From Phycisphaera sp. (GTDB lineage: Bacteria; Planctomycetota; Phycisphaerae; Phycisphaerales; SM1A02), in the NCBI GenBank assembly GCA_016124975.1, contig WGMP01000011.1, positions 5,693-69,692 of the forward strand: 64,000 bases of DNA. Direction: 5' to 3'. The translations under genes were made by a program, and so were the position numbers. The notes beneath the pieces are model-generated. The model did not search any database. It was not told where the DNA came from and saw nothing but the letters and a program-made list of their open reading frames with translations. This document shows, one piece after another, positions 30,834-39,997 of the stretch. Within the stretch, counting starts at the first letter, position 1, and every line of letters begins with the position of its first letter.

Positions 30834-31799
30834 ATGAAGCAGTCGATCGCCCGTTCGCTCACCGTCCTCGCATCCGCCTTCCTTGTCAGCGGCGCAGCCT
30901 TCGCTGCCTCCGCGCAGACCGCGGCCCCCGCGAAGCCGAAGGCCGCCGCCCCCGCCGCCACCAAGACGATCGTCGAGACGGCGATCGGCGCAGGCAGCTT
31001 CAACACGCTCGTCGCCGCCGTGAAGGCCGCCGACCTCGTCGAGACGCTGAGCGGCCCCGGCCCCTTCACCGTCTTCGCGCCGACCGACGAGGCGTTCGCC
31101 AAGCTCCCCGCTGGCACCGTCGAGAGCCTTCTCAAGCCTGAGAACAAGGCGAAGCTCGCCGCGATCCTCACCTACCACGTCGTTCCCGGCAAGGTCATGG
31201 CCGCCGATGTCGTGAAGCTCACGAACGCGGGCACCGCCCAGGGCCAGCGCGTCGACATCGCCGTCAAGGACGGCACCGTGAGCGTCGACGGCGCGAAGGT
31301 GGTCACCACCGACATCGCCTGCTCGAACGGCGTCATCCATGTGATCGACTCGGTCATCCTCCCAACCGACAAGAACATCGTCGAGGTCGCCGCCTCGAAC
31401 GGCTCGTTCAACACGCTCGTCGCCGCTGTCAAGGCCGCTGGCCTCGTCGAGACGCTCTCGGGCAAGGGTCCCTTCACGGTGCTCGCCCCCACCGACGAGG
31501 CGTTCGCCAAGCTCCCCGCCGGCACGCTCGAGAACCTGCTCAAGCCTGAGAACAAGCAGCAGCTCATCGACATCCTCACCTACCACGTGGTCCCCGGAGT
31601 CGCCGCCTACTCCGACCAGGTCGTGAAGATGACCGAGGTCCCCACCGTGTTCGGCGCGGCGGTCCCCGTCGCCGTCAAGGACGGCAAGGTCAAGCTCGGC
31701 GCCGCCACCGTGGTCGCTGCCGACGTCGAGACCTCGAACGGCGTCATCCATGTGATCGACACCGTCATCCTGCCGCCGGCGAAGAAGACCGCGAAGTAA
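30834..31799 (+). CDS. Secreted protein with two fasciclin (FAS1) domains
   Basis: ATG at 30834 ([27 protein letters not shown]). It has two copies of [37 protein letters not shown]...NGVIHVID. Confidence 0.9.
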   Translation: MKQSIARSLTVLASAFLVSGAAFAASAQTAAPAKPKAAAPAATKTIVETAIGAGSFNTLVAAVKAADLVETLSGPGPFTVFAPTDEAFAKLPAGTVESLLKPENKAKLAAILTYHVVPGKVMAADVVKLTNAGTAQGQRVDIAVKDGTVSVDGAKVVTTDIACSNGVIHVIDSVILPTDKNIVEVAASNGSFNTLVAAVKAAGLVETLSGKGPFTVLAPTDEAFAKLPAGTLENLLKPENKQQLIDILTYHVVPGVAAYSDQVVKMTEVPTVFGAAVPVAVKDGKVKLGAATVVAADVETSNGVIHVIDTVILPPAKKTAK

Positions 31800-31834
31800 T
31801 CGGTCTCGCACACAAGCAGTTCTCCTCACACCGA

Positions 31835-31868
31835 CCGAGGCCCCGACGAGGGGCCTCGGTTGCGTTTT
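31835..31868 (+). terminator. Rho-independent terminator after the fasciclin gene
   Basis: A 10-bp stem, CCGAGGCCCC (31835-31844) pairing with GGGGCCTCGG (31850-31859), loop GACGA, followed by TTGCGTTTT. Confidence 0.7.
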
Positions 31869-32039
31869 GGACGGACGCAGCGGCGCGGACTTCACGCGCT
31901 GCAATAGACGGGCTCGCCCGCCGTTCTGCGCCTGCGTGGCGGCCCGAGCTCGGCCGGCCGTGCGACGCGTGAACGAATCTCAAGCTCCACGAAACTGAGC
32001 GAAAGTCTGCACTCCAGACGCAATCGAAGGAACCTGACC

Positions 32040-33014
32040 ATGCCACGACTCTCGATCCAACGCAGCACTCTTCTCGCGAGCCTCGCGGCCTCCGCGCTGT
32101 TCGCCTTCACCAGCCCGTGCAGCGCCCTTGCGCAGGATGGAACCTTCCCGCCCGATGCCCCGCGCGGCGAGCGCGGCGAGCGCCCCATGCAGGACGGCGC
32201 GCCGCGCGCGCGCCCTGGCCAGGAAGGAAGGCCTGAAGGACGCCCCGCCATCGATCCCGCGCAGTTCATCGAGCGCCTCATGCAGGCCGACGCCGACGGC
32301 GACGGCAAGCTCTCCGCGGAAGAACTGCCGCCTGCGATGTCGGAGCGCCTCATGGGCCGCGCCGACACGAACTCCGACGGCTTCCTTGACCGCGCCGAAC
32401 TCGAGGCCGCGGCGCGCGAGGGAATGGTCGGTGGCCGCGGCAACCGCGGCGGCGCGGGCGCAGGCCCCGCGGGCGACCGCCCGGGCGCGGGGGGTCCGCC
32501 GCCGAGCGTTGGCGGCGCGATGCGCCAGGTCGGGCGCGCGATGCGCGGTCTGAAGGAATCGGCGTTCGACGCCGCGAGCCGCAAGTCTGATCTCGATCTC
32601 GTGCAGCAGGCGCAGATGGGCCTCGTCGGATCGAAGAGCGCGACGGCCGCGCTCCGCATGTCGGAGTCCGCGCGCACCCGCTTCGGCGAGGATCGCGCCA
32701 GCTTCGAGACCGCGTTCCGTGCGCAGATGCTCGACGCGATCGCGCAGTCGATCGAGCTCGAGCGGGCGCTGCTCGCAGGAAACGGCGACGCCGCGCGTGC
32801 GGCGCTTGCGAAGATGAGCGCTGCGCAGGAGGCAGGCCACGATCTCTTCCAGCCCGCCGACGACGGCGGCGAGAGGCCCGCCCGCGGCGCTGGAGCGGGC
32901 GAAGGCGGCGCGCCTGGCGCGGGCGCTCCCGGCGCTCCGCGTGGCCGAGGCGGACGCGGCGAGCGCGGCGGACGCCCTGCTGCGCCCGATGCTCCCGCTG
33001 CACCTGATGCGTGA
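32040..33014 (+). CDS. Secreted EF-hand calcium-binding protein with a helical cytochrome-b562-like C-terminal region and Gly/Arg/Pro-rich linkers
   Basis: Signal LLASLAASALFAFTSPCSALA. EF loops are DADGDGKLSAEE and DTNSDGFLDRAELE. The helical segment is MRGLKESAFDA...QQAQMGLVGSK...ALLAGNGDAARAALAKMSAAQEAGHDLF. Confidence 0.7.
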   Translation: MPRLSIQRSTLLASLAASALFAFTSPCSALAQDGTFPPDAPRGERGERPMQDGAPRARPGQEGRPEGRPAIDPAQFIERLMQADADGDGKLSAEELPPAMSERLMGRADTNSDGFLDRAELEAAAREGMVGGRGNRGGAGAGPAGDRPGAGGPPPSVGGAMRQVGRAMRGLKESAFDAASRKSDLDLVQQAQMGLVGSKSATAALRMSESARTRFGEDRASFETAFRAQMLDAIAQSIELERALLAGNGDAARAALAKMSAAQEAGHDLFQPADDGGERPARGAGAGEGGAPGAGAPGAPRGRGGRGERGGRPAAPDAPAAPDA

Positions 33015-33059
33015 GCGCTTCTGCGCGCACGCGCCGAAGACACACGACGCAAGACGCAG

Positions 33060-33090
33060 ACGACGCCGTCCCATTCGGGCGGCGTCGTTT
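33060..33090. terminator. Hairpin between convergent genes (possible bidirectional terminator)
   Basis: ACGACGCCG(T)CCC - ATTC - GGGCGGCGTCGT, followed by TTT on the + strand. It lies between the stops at 33014 (+) and 33117 (-). Confidence 0.4.
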
Positions 33091-33116
33091 GCGTCGGGGA
33101 TCGGGTGCCCGGGCAA

Positions 33117-34367
33117 TCAGGCGTCGTCGACAAGCGCGGCGCGCAGGACGCGCTCGAGGTCCGCCGCGTCCACCGCGAAGTCCGCGGCTCCATCAGGTTG
33201 CCCGCGCGAGGCGCGGTCCTCGCGGCCACGGATCGCCGCGTAACGAAGCCCGCACGCGCCCGCGAGCATGAAGAAGCTCGGGTTCGAGATGCGCGGCGGA
33301 AGGCACTCGACGAGCGTGCCTCCTTCGGCCACATGGACGAGGTGCGCGAGCGCGGCGCCGTGCGGCGCGACGACCACGCGCGCACCGCGAATCGCGTCGA
33401 CCTGCGCGGCGAGCCCGAGGCCTTCCATCGCGACGGTCTCGAAGCCGAAGCGCGCGAGGATCGGCGCGAGCTCGGATTCGTTCGCGATCTTGCGGCGGCC
33501 ACGGCGCGCGAGATAGACGCGGCGCGCGCCGCTGCGGGCGACTGCGTCGCGATCGCCGAACACGCCGCGCAGATAGGCCGCCGATCGCCGCGTCGGCTCG
33601 CAGATCGGGGCGGGCGCCCCCGTCACGAGCAGATGGTCGCACACGACCTGGTCGCCGCGCCGCACGCTCTCGACGCGCTCGGACGGAATTCCCGCGGCCG
33701 CGAGCAGTTCGCGCGCCACGCCGAGGCGCGTCGCGGGGACGATCCAACGGTCGATGCGGGCGAACGCCGCATCCGCGCGAGCCGCCTCCTCGAGGAGCCC
33801 GATGCGCGGAAGCATGTCGAGCATCCAGTGGTAGAAGTTCGCGTGCCCGACGGCGCCGGCAAGCGCGCTCGTGCCGCGCAGCCGCCGCGGAGGTCGCGCG
33901 ACGATCGCGCCGCTCAGGCCGCGATGCTGGGCGAGGGGAACCAGTGCGTGAGGACTCACATCGGCGAGCACGACGCCTTGCGGCGCGACGGCCGTGCACG
34001 CGCGCGCCAGCACGCGGCCTTCCGGAATCGCGGCCGCGAAGAGACGCGCGCCAGCGCCTCGGACCGTGCACGAGCCTGCGACGGCGGCCACCGCATCGGC
34101 GTCCGAACCGTCGATCACGCGCGGCGGCGTCGGATCGTTCGGCCCGAGATCGACGAGCGGCCAGCCGCGTGCGCGCACGAGGGCCACGGTGTCGGCCGTC
34201 GCCTCGACGGGAAGATGGAACAGCATGTCCTGCACGCCGAACGGCATGGCGCGACGCATGCGCGCCCAGGCGGCGACGATGGTGCGCCGCCAGTCCCTGG
34301 GCGCGGTCGTCGCATCGTGCGTCACGGCCCGCTTCATGGGTCGGAGTGTACGGCGGTGTCGCGGCAT
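33117..34367 (-). CDS. Glycosyltransferase family 61 / DUF563-like protein
   Basis: Motifs NFYHWMLDMLPRIGLL and RVYLARRGRRKIANESEL...VVAPHGAALAHLV are typical of the family. The start is either ATG 34367 or ATG 34337. Confidence 0.75.
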   Translation of the reverse strand: MPRHRRTLRPMKRAVTHDATTAPRDWRRTIVAAWARMRRAMPFGVQDMLFHLPVEATADTVALVRARGWPLVDLGPNDPTPPRVIDGSDADAVAAVAGSCTVRGAGARLFAAAIPEGRVLARACTAVAPQGVVLADVSPHALVPLAQHRGLSGAIVARPPRRLRGTSALAGAVGHANFYHWMLDMLPRIGLLEEAARADAAFARIDRWIVPATRLGVARELLAAAGIPSERVESVRRGDQVVCDHLLVTGAPAPICEPTRRSAAYLRGVFGDRDAVARSGARRVYLARRGRRKIANESELAPILARFGFETVAMEGLGLAAQVDAIRGARVVVAPHGAALAHLVHVAEGGTLVECLPPRISNPSFFMLAGACGLRYAAIRGREDRASRGQPDGAADFAVDAADLERVLRAALVDDA

Positions 34368-34432
34368 CGGTCCGTGCGCGCCGCCACGCGACGGATGTCC
34401 CGCATCGAGCCGCGCCGCAGTACCCTGCGGCC

Positions 34433-35863
34433 ATGCACGGAACGGCCGTGGCTGAACCCCGACGCGCGCTTGTCCTCCTCGCCGCGACCGCGAGCCTGTC
34501 GATGATCTTCATCGACATCACCGTGGTCGCCGTGGCGGGCCCCGCGATCGGCCGCGAACTCGGCCTCGACGCCGCGGGCGTCGCATGGATCGCAAACGCC
34601 TACATCGTCACGCTCGCCGCCATGATGGCGATCGGCGGCAGGCTCGGCGACCTCGTCGGGAAGCGCAACGCCTTCGTCTCGGGGCTCGTCCTCTTCGCGG
34701 CCGCGAGCGCGCTGTGCGGCGCGTCCCACGACTTCACCACGCTCGCCGCAGGCCGCGTCCTCCAGGGCCTCGGCGCATGCCTCATGCAGCCTGCCGCGAG
34801 CGCGCTCGTGATCGAGCACTTCCCAGCGGGCGAACGCGGCAAGGCGATGGGGATGATGATCGGGATCTCGATGTCATTTTTCGCCGTCGGGCCCGTCGCG
34901 GGCGGCCTCGTGACCGCCTACGCGGGCTGGCCGTGGATCTTCTACCTGAACCTTCCCGTCGCGGCGGCTGCGCTCGCGCTCATCGTCGCGTCGCGCGCCA
35001 AGAACCGCCCCGCGCATGATCGCTCGTTCGATGTCCTCTCCGCGCTGCTTCTGGCCGTCGGGCTGCCGCTTGTCGTCTACACCTTGCAGGTAGGCTCGAG
35101 GGAGATCGACGGCGGGCCGTGGATCCTCACGCCGACCGCCCTCGCAGCGCTCGCTGGAGGCCTCGCGGCGGTCGTCGTGTTCGTCTGGCGCCAACTGCGC
35201 GTCGCAAGGCCGCTGATCGACCTCAGGCGCTTCGCCGAACCTCGCCTCCGCGCGAACATCCTGCTGATCGCGATCACCCAGTTCGCCATGGCGCCGCTCG
35301 TCGTCCTCGGCTCGATCTACGCGCAGGATGTGCTTGGCTTCTCGAGCTCGGTCGCGGGGTTGAGCCTGATGCCGATGCTCGTTCCAGTCATCCTCGTGGC
35401 GCGCCGCGCGGGAAGGCTTTACGACAAGATCGGCGTCCGCCCGCTCGCGCGAGGCGGAACGGTGGTCGCGACGGCGGGCCTCGCCACCTGGGGCGCGGGC
35501 TCGCTTCTCGAGAGCTACCCCGTGATCGCAGCGGGCATGGTGCTCCTCGGCCTCGGCGTCGCGTTCATCATGTCGCCCGCGAGCACCGACACTCTCTCGA
35601 GCGTCGACGACGAGAACCGAGGGCAGGTGTCGGGGCTCGTCCAGACCTCGCGGCAACTCGGTGGCGCGATCGGCGTCGCCTTCGCGTCGCTCCTGAGCGG
35701 CGTGGCGCTCGCGTGGGGGGCGGGAAACGCCGCATCGATCGGCTACGCCATCCTTGGCGGCGCGGCGATCGCGTCGCTCGGCGTCCTTGTCGCCCTGCGC
35801 ATGCCGCGGTCGCTCCCCGCGGGCATCGCGCCGGCCGGCGACAGCCGTACGCTGCGCGCATGA
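34433..35863 (+). CDS. MFS transporter, DHA2/EmrB-like drug:H+ antiporter
   Basis: ATG at 34433. The N-terminus LSMIFIDITVVAVAGPAIGRELGL...WIANAYIVTLAAMMAIGGRLGDLVGKR is typical of the 14-TMS DHA2 family. Confidence 0.85.
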   Translation: MHGTAVAEPRRALVLLAATASLSMIFIDITVVAVAGPAIGRELGLDAAGVAWIANAYIVTLAAMMAIGGRLGDLVGKRNAFVSGLVLFAAASALCGASHDFTTLAAGRVLQGLGACLMQPAASALVIEHFPAGERGKAMGMMIGISMSFFAVGPVAGGLVTAYAGWPWIFYLNLPVAAAALALIVASRAKNRPAHDRSFDVLSALLLAVGLPLVVYTLQVGSREIDGGPWILTPTALAALAGGLAAVVVFVWRQLRVARPLIDLRRFAEPRLRANILLIAITQFAMAPLVVLGSIYAQDVLGFSSSVAGLSLMPMLVPVILVARRAGRLYDKIGVRPLARGGTVVATAGLATWGAGSLLESYPVIAAGMVLLGLGVAFIMSPASTDTLSSVDDENRGQVSGLVQTSRQLGGAIGVAFASLLSGVALAWGAGNAASIGYAILGGAAIASLGVLVALRMPRSLPAGIAPAGDSRTLRA

Positions 35864-36246
35864 CCACGCGCGCAGCGCTCCCGCTTCTCCCGCTCATCGC
35901 CACCCCGCTTCTCCTCGTCGGAAGCAACATCTTCATGACCTACGCGTGGTACGGCCACCTGCGCGACCTGAAGGCGAGCCCGTTGTGGATCGCCATCGGC
36001 GTCAGCTGGCTCGTCGCGTTCTTCGAGTACTGCCTGCAGGTGCCCGCGAACCGCATCGGCTACGAGCAGGCGGGCTACTCGCTCGCGCAGCTGAAGGTGA
36101 TGCAGGAGGTGATCACGATGGCGGTATTCGCGGCGTTCGCGATCCTCTACATGCGCGAGAAGCTCAGCATGAACTTCGTCTACGCGGGCATCTGCCTCGT
36201 CGCGGCGGCGTGGTTCATGTTCCGCGACTTCAAGCCCGCCGCGTGA
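35860..36246 (+). CDS. Small DMT-superfamily membrane protein (DUF486-like)
   Basis: The ATG at 35860 forms an ATGA overlap with the MFS stop. Four predicted TM helices, with FMTYAWYGHL..., a DUF486-type signature. Confidence 0.75.
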   Translation: MTTRAALPLLPLIATPLLLVGSNIFMTYAWYGHLRDLKASPLWIAIGVSWLVAFFEYCLQVPANRIGYEQAGYSLAQLKVMQEVITMAVFAAFAILYMREKLSMNFVYAGICLVAAAWFMFRDFKPAA

Positions 36247-36319
36247 GGCGCGGATCCGAGACGGGCCGAGGCGGCGCTGCAAGCGGCGAACCGCCGCGCG
36301 CAGCGCGTACACTGCGCCG

Positions 36320-38659
36320 ATGCAGATCGCCATCGCCTCGCTCTCGGTCCTGCTTTCGCTTCATCCACTGCCGCTCGCAGCAGCTGCGGCCCATGCAAAC
36401 CCGCCCGTCGTCGCCGCCGCGCTCGCGGCCGCGGGCGACAACCGCACGGAGATCGAGCGCGCACTCGCCGAGGTTCCGCCCGAGCAGCGTGCGTCGATGG
36501 AGTGGCTCGTCGCGCACATGCCCGCGCAGGACCTCGCCACGCTCGACGCTGCGTTTCTCCTCGCGCACGTCGACGGCGCGTTCAAGGCGTGGAAGGCCGC
36601 GCCGTGGAGCGCGCAGGTCGACGAAGACACCTTCCGCGACGCGATCCTTCCCTATGCGAGCGTGAGCGAGAAGCGGGAGCTGTGGCTGCCCGTGCTGCGC
36701 GAGAAGTGCCTGCCGATGGTCGCGGCCGCGAAGTCGCCCGCCGAGGCCGCCGTGATCCTCAACACGCGCATCTTCCCAGAGTGGAAGGTGCAGTACTCGA
36801 CCAAGCGCATGCGCGCCGACCAGGCGCCGAGCGAGTCGATGGAGTCGGGCCTCGCGTCGTGCACGGGGCTCTCCATCCTGCTCGTGAATGCATGCCGCTC
36901 GGTCGGCATTCCCGCGCGGTTCGTCGGTGTTCCGCTCTGGACCGACGGCTCGGGCAACCACTCGTGGGTCGAGGTCTGGGACGGCGAGCGCTGGCGCTAC
37001 ACGGGCGCCGCGGAGCCGACGGGCGACCGCCTCGACGAAGGCTGGTTCACGGGCCGTGCCGCCACGCAGAACCGCGACAAGCCCGAGCACGCGATCTACG
37101 CCGTGACCTGGCGCGACACGGGCGTCGAGTTCCCGATGGTGTTCGACCGTTCGCGGCCGCGCGCGCGCGCGGTCGATGTCACCGATCGATACAGGGCTCG
37201 GTCCGCCGCGCTTCCCGAGGGGCAGCGCGTGCTGCGCGTCCTTGCGCGCGATCCCTCGACGGGTTCGCGTGTGCGCGCGGAGGTCGAGGTGCTCGGCGCA
37301 GACGGCACCGTGATCGGCGGCGGCCGCACCAACGACGAGACCCGCGACCTCAACGATCACCTCGAGATCGCGGTTCCGATCGGCGCCGATCTCTCGTATC
37401 GCATCGATGGCCGCTCGCCTGCGTCGGTCGGCGGAGGCAAGGGCGGCGTGGTCGAGCTGACGGTCCCGCGCGACGCAGCGTCCGCGAGCATTGGGCCCGT
37501 CGATGAACTCCGTGCGTTCCTCGCGTCGGGTTCGATCGACGCGGTCGCCACGCAGCCGTGGGCGAACGCGCCGATCAGCCGCGAGGAGGCCGCGGCCGCG
37601 CTCGAGGTCCTCTCGGCGGCGCATCGCGCTTCGCTTGAGGCGACGGGCCGCGCCGCGTTCGACGCGCGCGTCCTCGAGCACGACGGCGCGCGCATGCCGT
37701 TCTGGTACGAGGTCTACGGAGAGAAGCCCGAGGGCGGCCGCAGCCTCTACATCTCGATGCACGGCGGCGGCGGCGCTCCGAAGGAGGTCAACGACAGGCA
37801 GTGGGAGAACCAGAAGCGGCTCTATCGCCCCGAGGAGGGCGTCTATGTGGCGCCGCGCGCGCCGACCGACACCTGGAACCTGTGGCATCAGGGCCACATC
37901 GATCCCCTGTTCCGCACGCTCATCGCGAAGATGATCGCCTTCGAGGGCGTCGACCCCGACAAGGTGTATCTCATGGGCTACAGCGCGGGCGGCGACGGCG
38001 TCTACCAGCTTGCGCCGCGGATGGCCGACTCGTTCGCGGCGGCTGCGATGATGGCGGGCCACCCGAACGAAACGAGGCCCGACGGCCTGCGCAACCTTCC
38101 GTTCGCGCTCTACATGGGCGGGAAGGACGCCGCGTTCAACCGCAACCAGATCGCACGCGACTGGAAGGTCGCGCTCGCCGATCTCGCCGCCAAGGACCCC
38201 GGCGGCTATCCGCACGAGGTCACGATCTTCGAGGAGAACGGCCACTGGATGGAGCGCAAGGACGCGGTCGCTGTGCCGTGGATGGCGAAGTTCACGCGCG
38301 ACCTGCGCCCGGAGAAGCTCGTGTGGCTCCAGGACGATGTGACGAGCGCGCGCTTCTACTGGCTCCGCAACACCGCCCCCAAGGGAGGTCAGCGCATCGT
38401 CGCCCGCCGCGACGGACAGAAGATCGTGATCGACGCGGCGGATGGGGTGCAGTCGCTGAGCGTCCTTCTCGACGACGCGATGCTCGACCTTGACAAGCCC
38501 GTCGAGGTGGCCGCGGGCTCTGACCTTGGCGCGAAGGTGCAGATCGACCGCTCCGCACAGCGGACCATCGCGACCCTGGCGCGGACCCTCCTCGAGCGGG
38601 GCGATCCGAAGGGAGCCTTCTCGGCGGAGGTCGCGATTCGGATCGAACGAGCACCCTGA
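36320..38659 (+). CDS. Secreted transglutaminase-like cysteine protease domain fused to an alpha/beta-hydrolase (esterase/peptidase) domain
   Basis: Signal MQIAIASLSVLLSLHPLPLAAAAAHA. Transglutaminase core is GLASCTGLSILLVNACRSVGIPAR...NHSWVEVW. The C-terminal part has LYISMHGGGG and the nucleophile elbow GYSAGGDG. Confidence 0.8.
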   Translation: MQIAIASLSVLLSLHPLPLAAAAAHANPPVVAAALAAAGDNRTEIERALAEVPPEQRASMEWLVAHMPAQDLATLDAAFLLAHVDGAFKAWKAAPWSAQVDEDTFRDAILPYASVSEKRELWLPVLREKCLPMVAAAKSPAEAAVILNTRIFPEWKVQYSTKRMRADQAPSESMESGLASCTGLSILLVNACRSVGIPARFVGVPLWTDGSGNHSWVEVWDGERWRYTGAAEPTGDRLDEGWFTGRAATQNRDKPEHAIYAVTWRDTGVEFPMVFDRSRPRARAVDVTDRYRARSAALPEGQRVLRVLARDPSTGSRVRAEVEVLGADGTVIGGGRTNDETRDLNDHLEIAVPIGADLSYRIDGRSPASVGGGKGGVVELTVPRDAASASIGPVDELRAFLASGSIDAVATQPWANAPISREEAAAALEVLSAAHRASLEATGRAAFDARVLEHDGARMPFWYEVYGEKPEGGRSLYISMHGGGGAPKEVNDRQWENQKRLYRPEEGVYVAPRAPTDTWNLWHQGHIDPLFRTLIAKMIAFEGVDPDKVYLMGYSAGGDGVYQLAPRMADSFAAAAMMAGHPNETRPDGLRNLPFALYMGGKDAAFNRNQIARDWKVALADLAAKDPGGYPHEVTIFEENGHWMERKDAVAVPWMAKFTRDLRPEKLVWLQDDVTSARFYWLRNTAPKGGQRIVARRDGQKIVIDAADGVQSLSVLLDDAMLDLDKPVEVAAGSDLGAKVQIDRSAQRTIATLARTLLERGDPKGAFSAEVAIRIERAP

Positions 38660-39090
38660 GCCTCGCCGGCGCAGAAGCGGCGACGACACGCGCCCGAGGG
38701 GACGGCGCGGTTTGGCCCCGCAAACATCTGCCTGAAAGACACTTACAAGAGCGCACCCCTGAGGCCGGGTTCGGGTCAAATCCAACTGAGAGGTCGCCGT
38801 GCTTTCCATGCACAATAACGGGCCTCTATCAGCCAGAACTCTTTTTTTATCAGACCTTCAGCGGAAGTGTGCCTTCGCAAATTCTGCGCGTATTCGAGAG
38901 AGGAACACTTGCCGCTTTGCGCTTCAGGGGTAGGTTTCAAAGCCCTGATCCGCCGCGAGTCCCCTCGACGCGTTTTCAGGGTAATGCTTGAGCCAAGTCG
39001 AGTCCCTGTCAGTTTCCCTCCTCAATCCATTCAAACGGTGATGGCGCAGGCGGAAGTCTCCCGCTTGATGCCTCTCCCTCGGAGTCTCCC

Positions 39091-39750
39091 ATGCGTTACA
39101 CCCTCGTCGCCACCGCCGCCGTTGCCGCCCTCTGCGGCGTCGCGCAGGCTGAGTTCATCCCGAACGCCATCGCCCAGGTCAACGCGACCGAGGCGGAGCT
39201 GCTCGGTGCGGGGTACACCCGCGTCGGAACGGCCCCGTTCGTCTCGAATCTGTCGGGCGACTGCGCCGTGAACGGCTGCGTGGACTATGTGGGCTTCGAA
39301 GGCGCCCTCCCGAACAAGGGCTACTTCCAGTTCCAGTTCCTCGACTACATCTACAACCCGACCTACTACAGCGGGATGTTCGCGATCATGAACATCAACT
39401 TCGGCGGGTCGACGATCACCCCCGCGAGCTTCATCTCGCAGGTGAACGCGCTGACCGCGCAGACGGGCATCACCGCGAAGTTCACGAACGAGGCGTCGGA
39501 CGCCCAGCAGTCCTCGTTCTTCAACGAGTGGCTCCCCACCGACCTCGACTCGGCGATCGTCTTCAACTGGGTTCCCACGAACCCCCCGTCGAGCCCTGGC
39601 CTCTCGCAGGTCTTCACCTTCGCGTGGAACCTTGACAATGTCACGGCCTTCAACAACGGCCTGACCGCGAACGCCATCTACGGCGTTCCCGCTCCTGGCG
39701 CGGTCGCCCTGCTCGGCCTCGCCGGCCTCGCTGGCCGTCGGCGCCGCTGA
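39091..39750 (+). CDS. Secreted protein with a PEP-CTERM-like tail (paralog A of a tandem pair)
   Basis: Signal MRYTLVATAAVAALCGVAQA. The C-terminus is VPAPGAVALLGLAGLAGRRRR. It aligns along its whole length with the next gene (39998..40684). Confidence 0.8.
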   Translation: MRYTLVATAAVAALCGVAQAEFIPNAIAQVNATEAELLGAGYTRVGTAPFVSNLSGDCAVNGCVDYVGFEGALPNKGYFQFQFLDYIYNPTYYSGMFAIMNINFGGSTITPASFISQVNALTAQTGITAKFTNEASDAQQSSFFNEWLPTDLDSAIVFNWVPTNPPSSPGLSQVFTFAWNLDNVTAFNNGLTANAIYGVPAPGAVALLGLAGLAGRRRR

Positions 39751-39778
39751 TCGCCTGACCGCCCCCCTGACCTTCTCT

Positions 39779-39812
39779 CCACGGCGCCCCTCGCGGGCGC
39801 CGTGGTGCTTTT
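39779..39812 (+). terminator. Rho-independent terminator after PEP-CTERM-like paralog A
   Basis: An 11-bp stem, CCACGGCGCCC (39779-39789) pairing with GGGCGCCGTGG (39795-39805), followed by TGCTTTT. Confidence 0.65.
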
Positions 39813-39997
39813 CCGTCGACGCCTCGTCCTCGGCGGACCCCGCCGTAAGTCACGGTAACTGAAAGAGTTCTGAATCTTTCGCATGGACGGAGAGGACGCG
39901 CGGCCGTTTCACGCTTCGGAAGACGGCGGGCGTCCCCGCCCGTGGACAGCGTCAGCCGTCTTCACGAACACACTCGCCGACTCGAGGAAATGCCGCG

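Noticed and set aside
27135-31904. The longest ORF in the window (1589 aa, minus strand)
   Set aside because: Its translation is dominated by Arg, Gly, Ala, Asp and Pro with no recognisable motifs. It runs antisense or out of frame across four well-supported genes: the PEP-CTERM-like gene, patatin, the DASS transporter (in a different frame) and fasciclin. This is a typical stop-codon-poor artefact of high-GC DNA.
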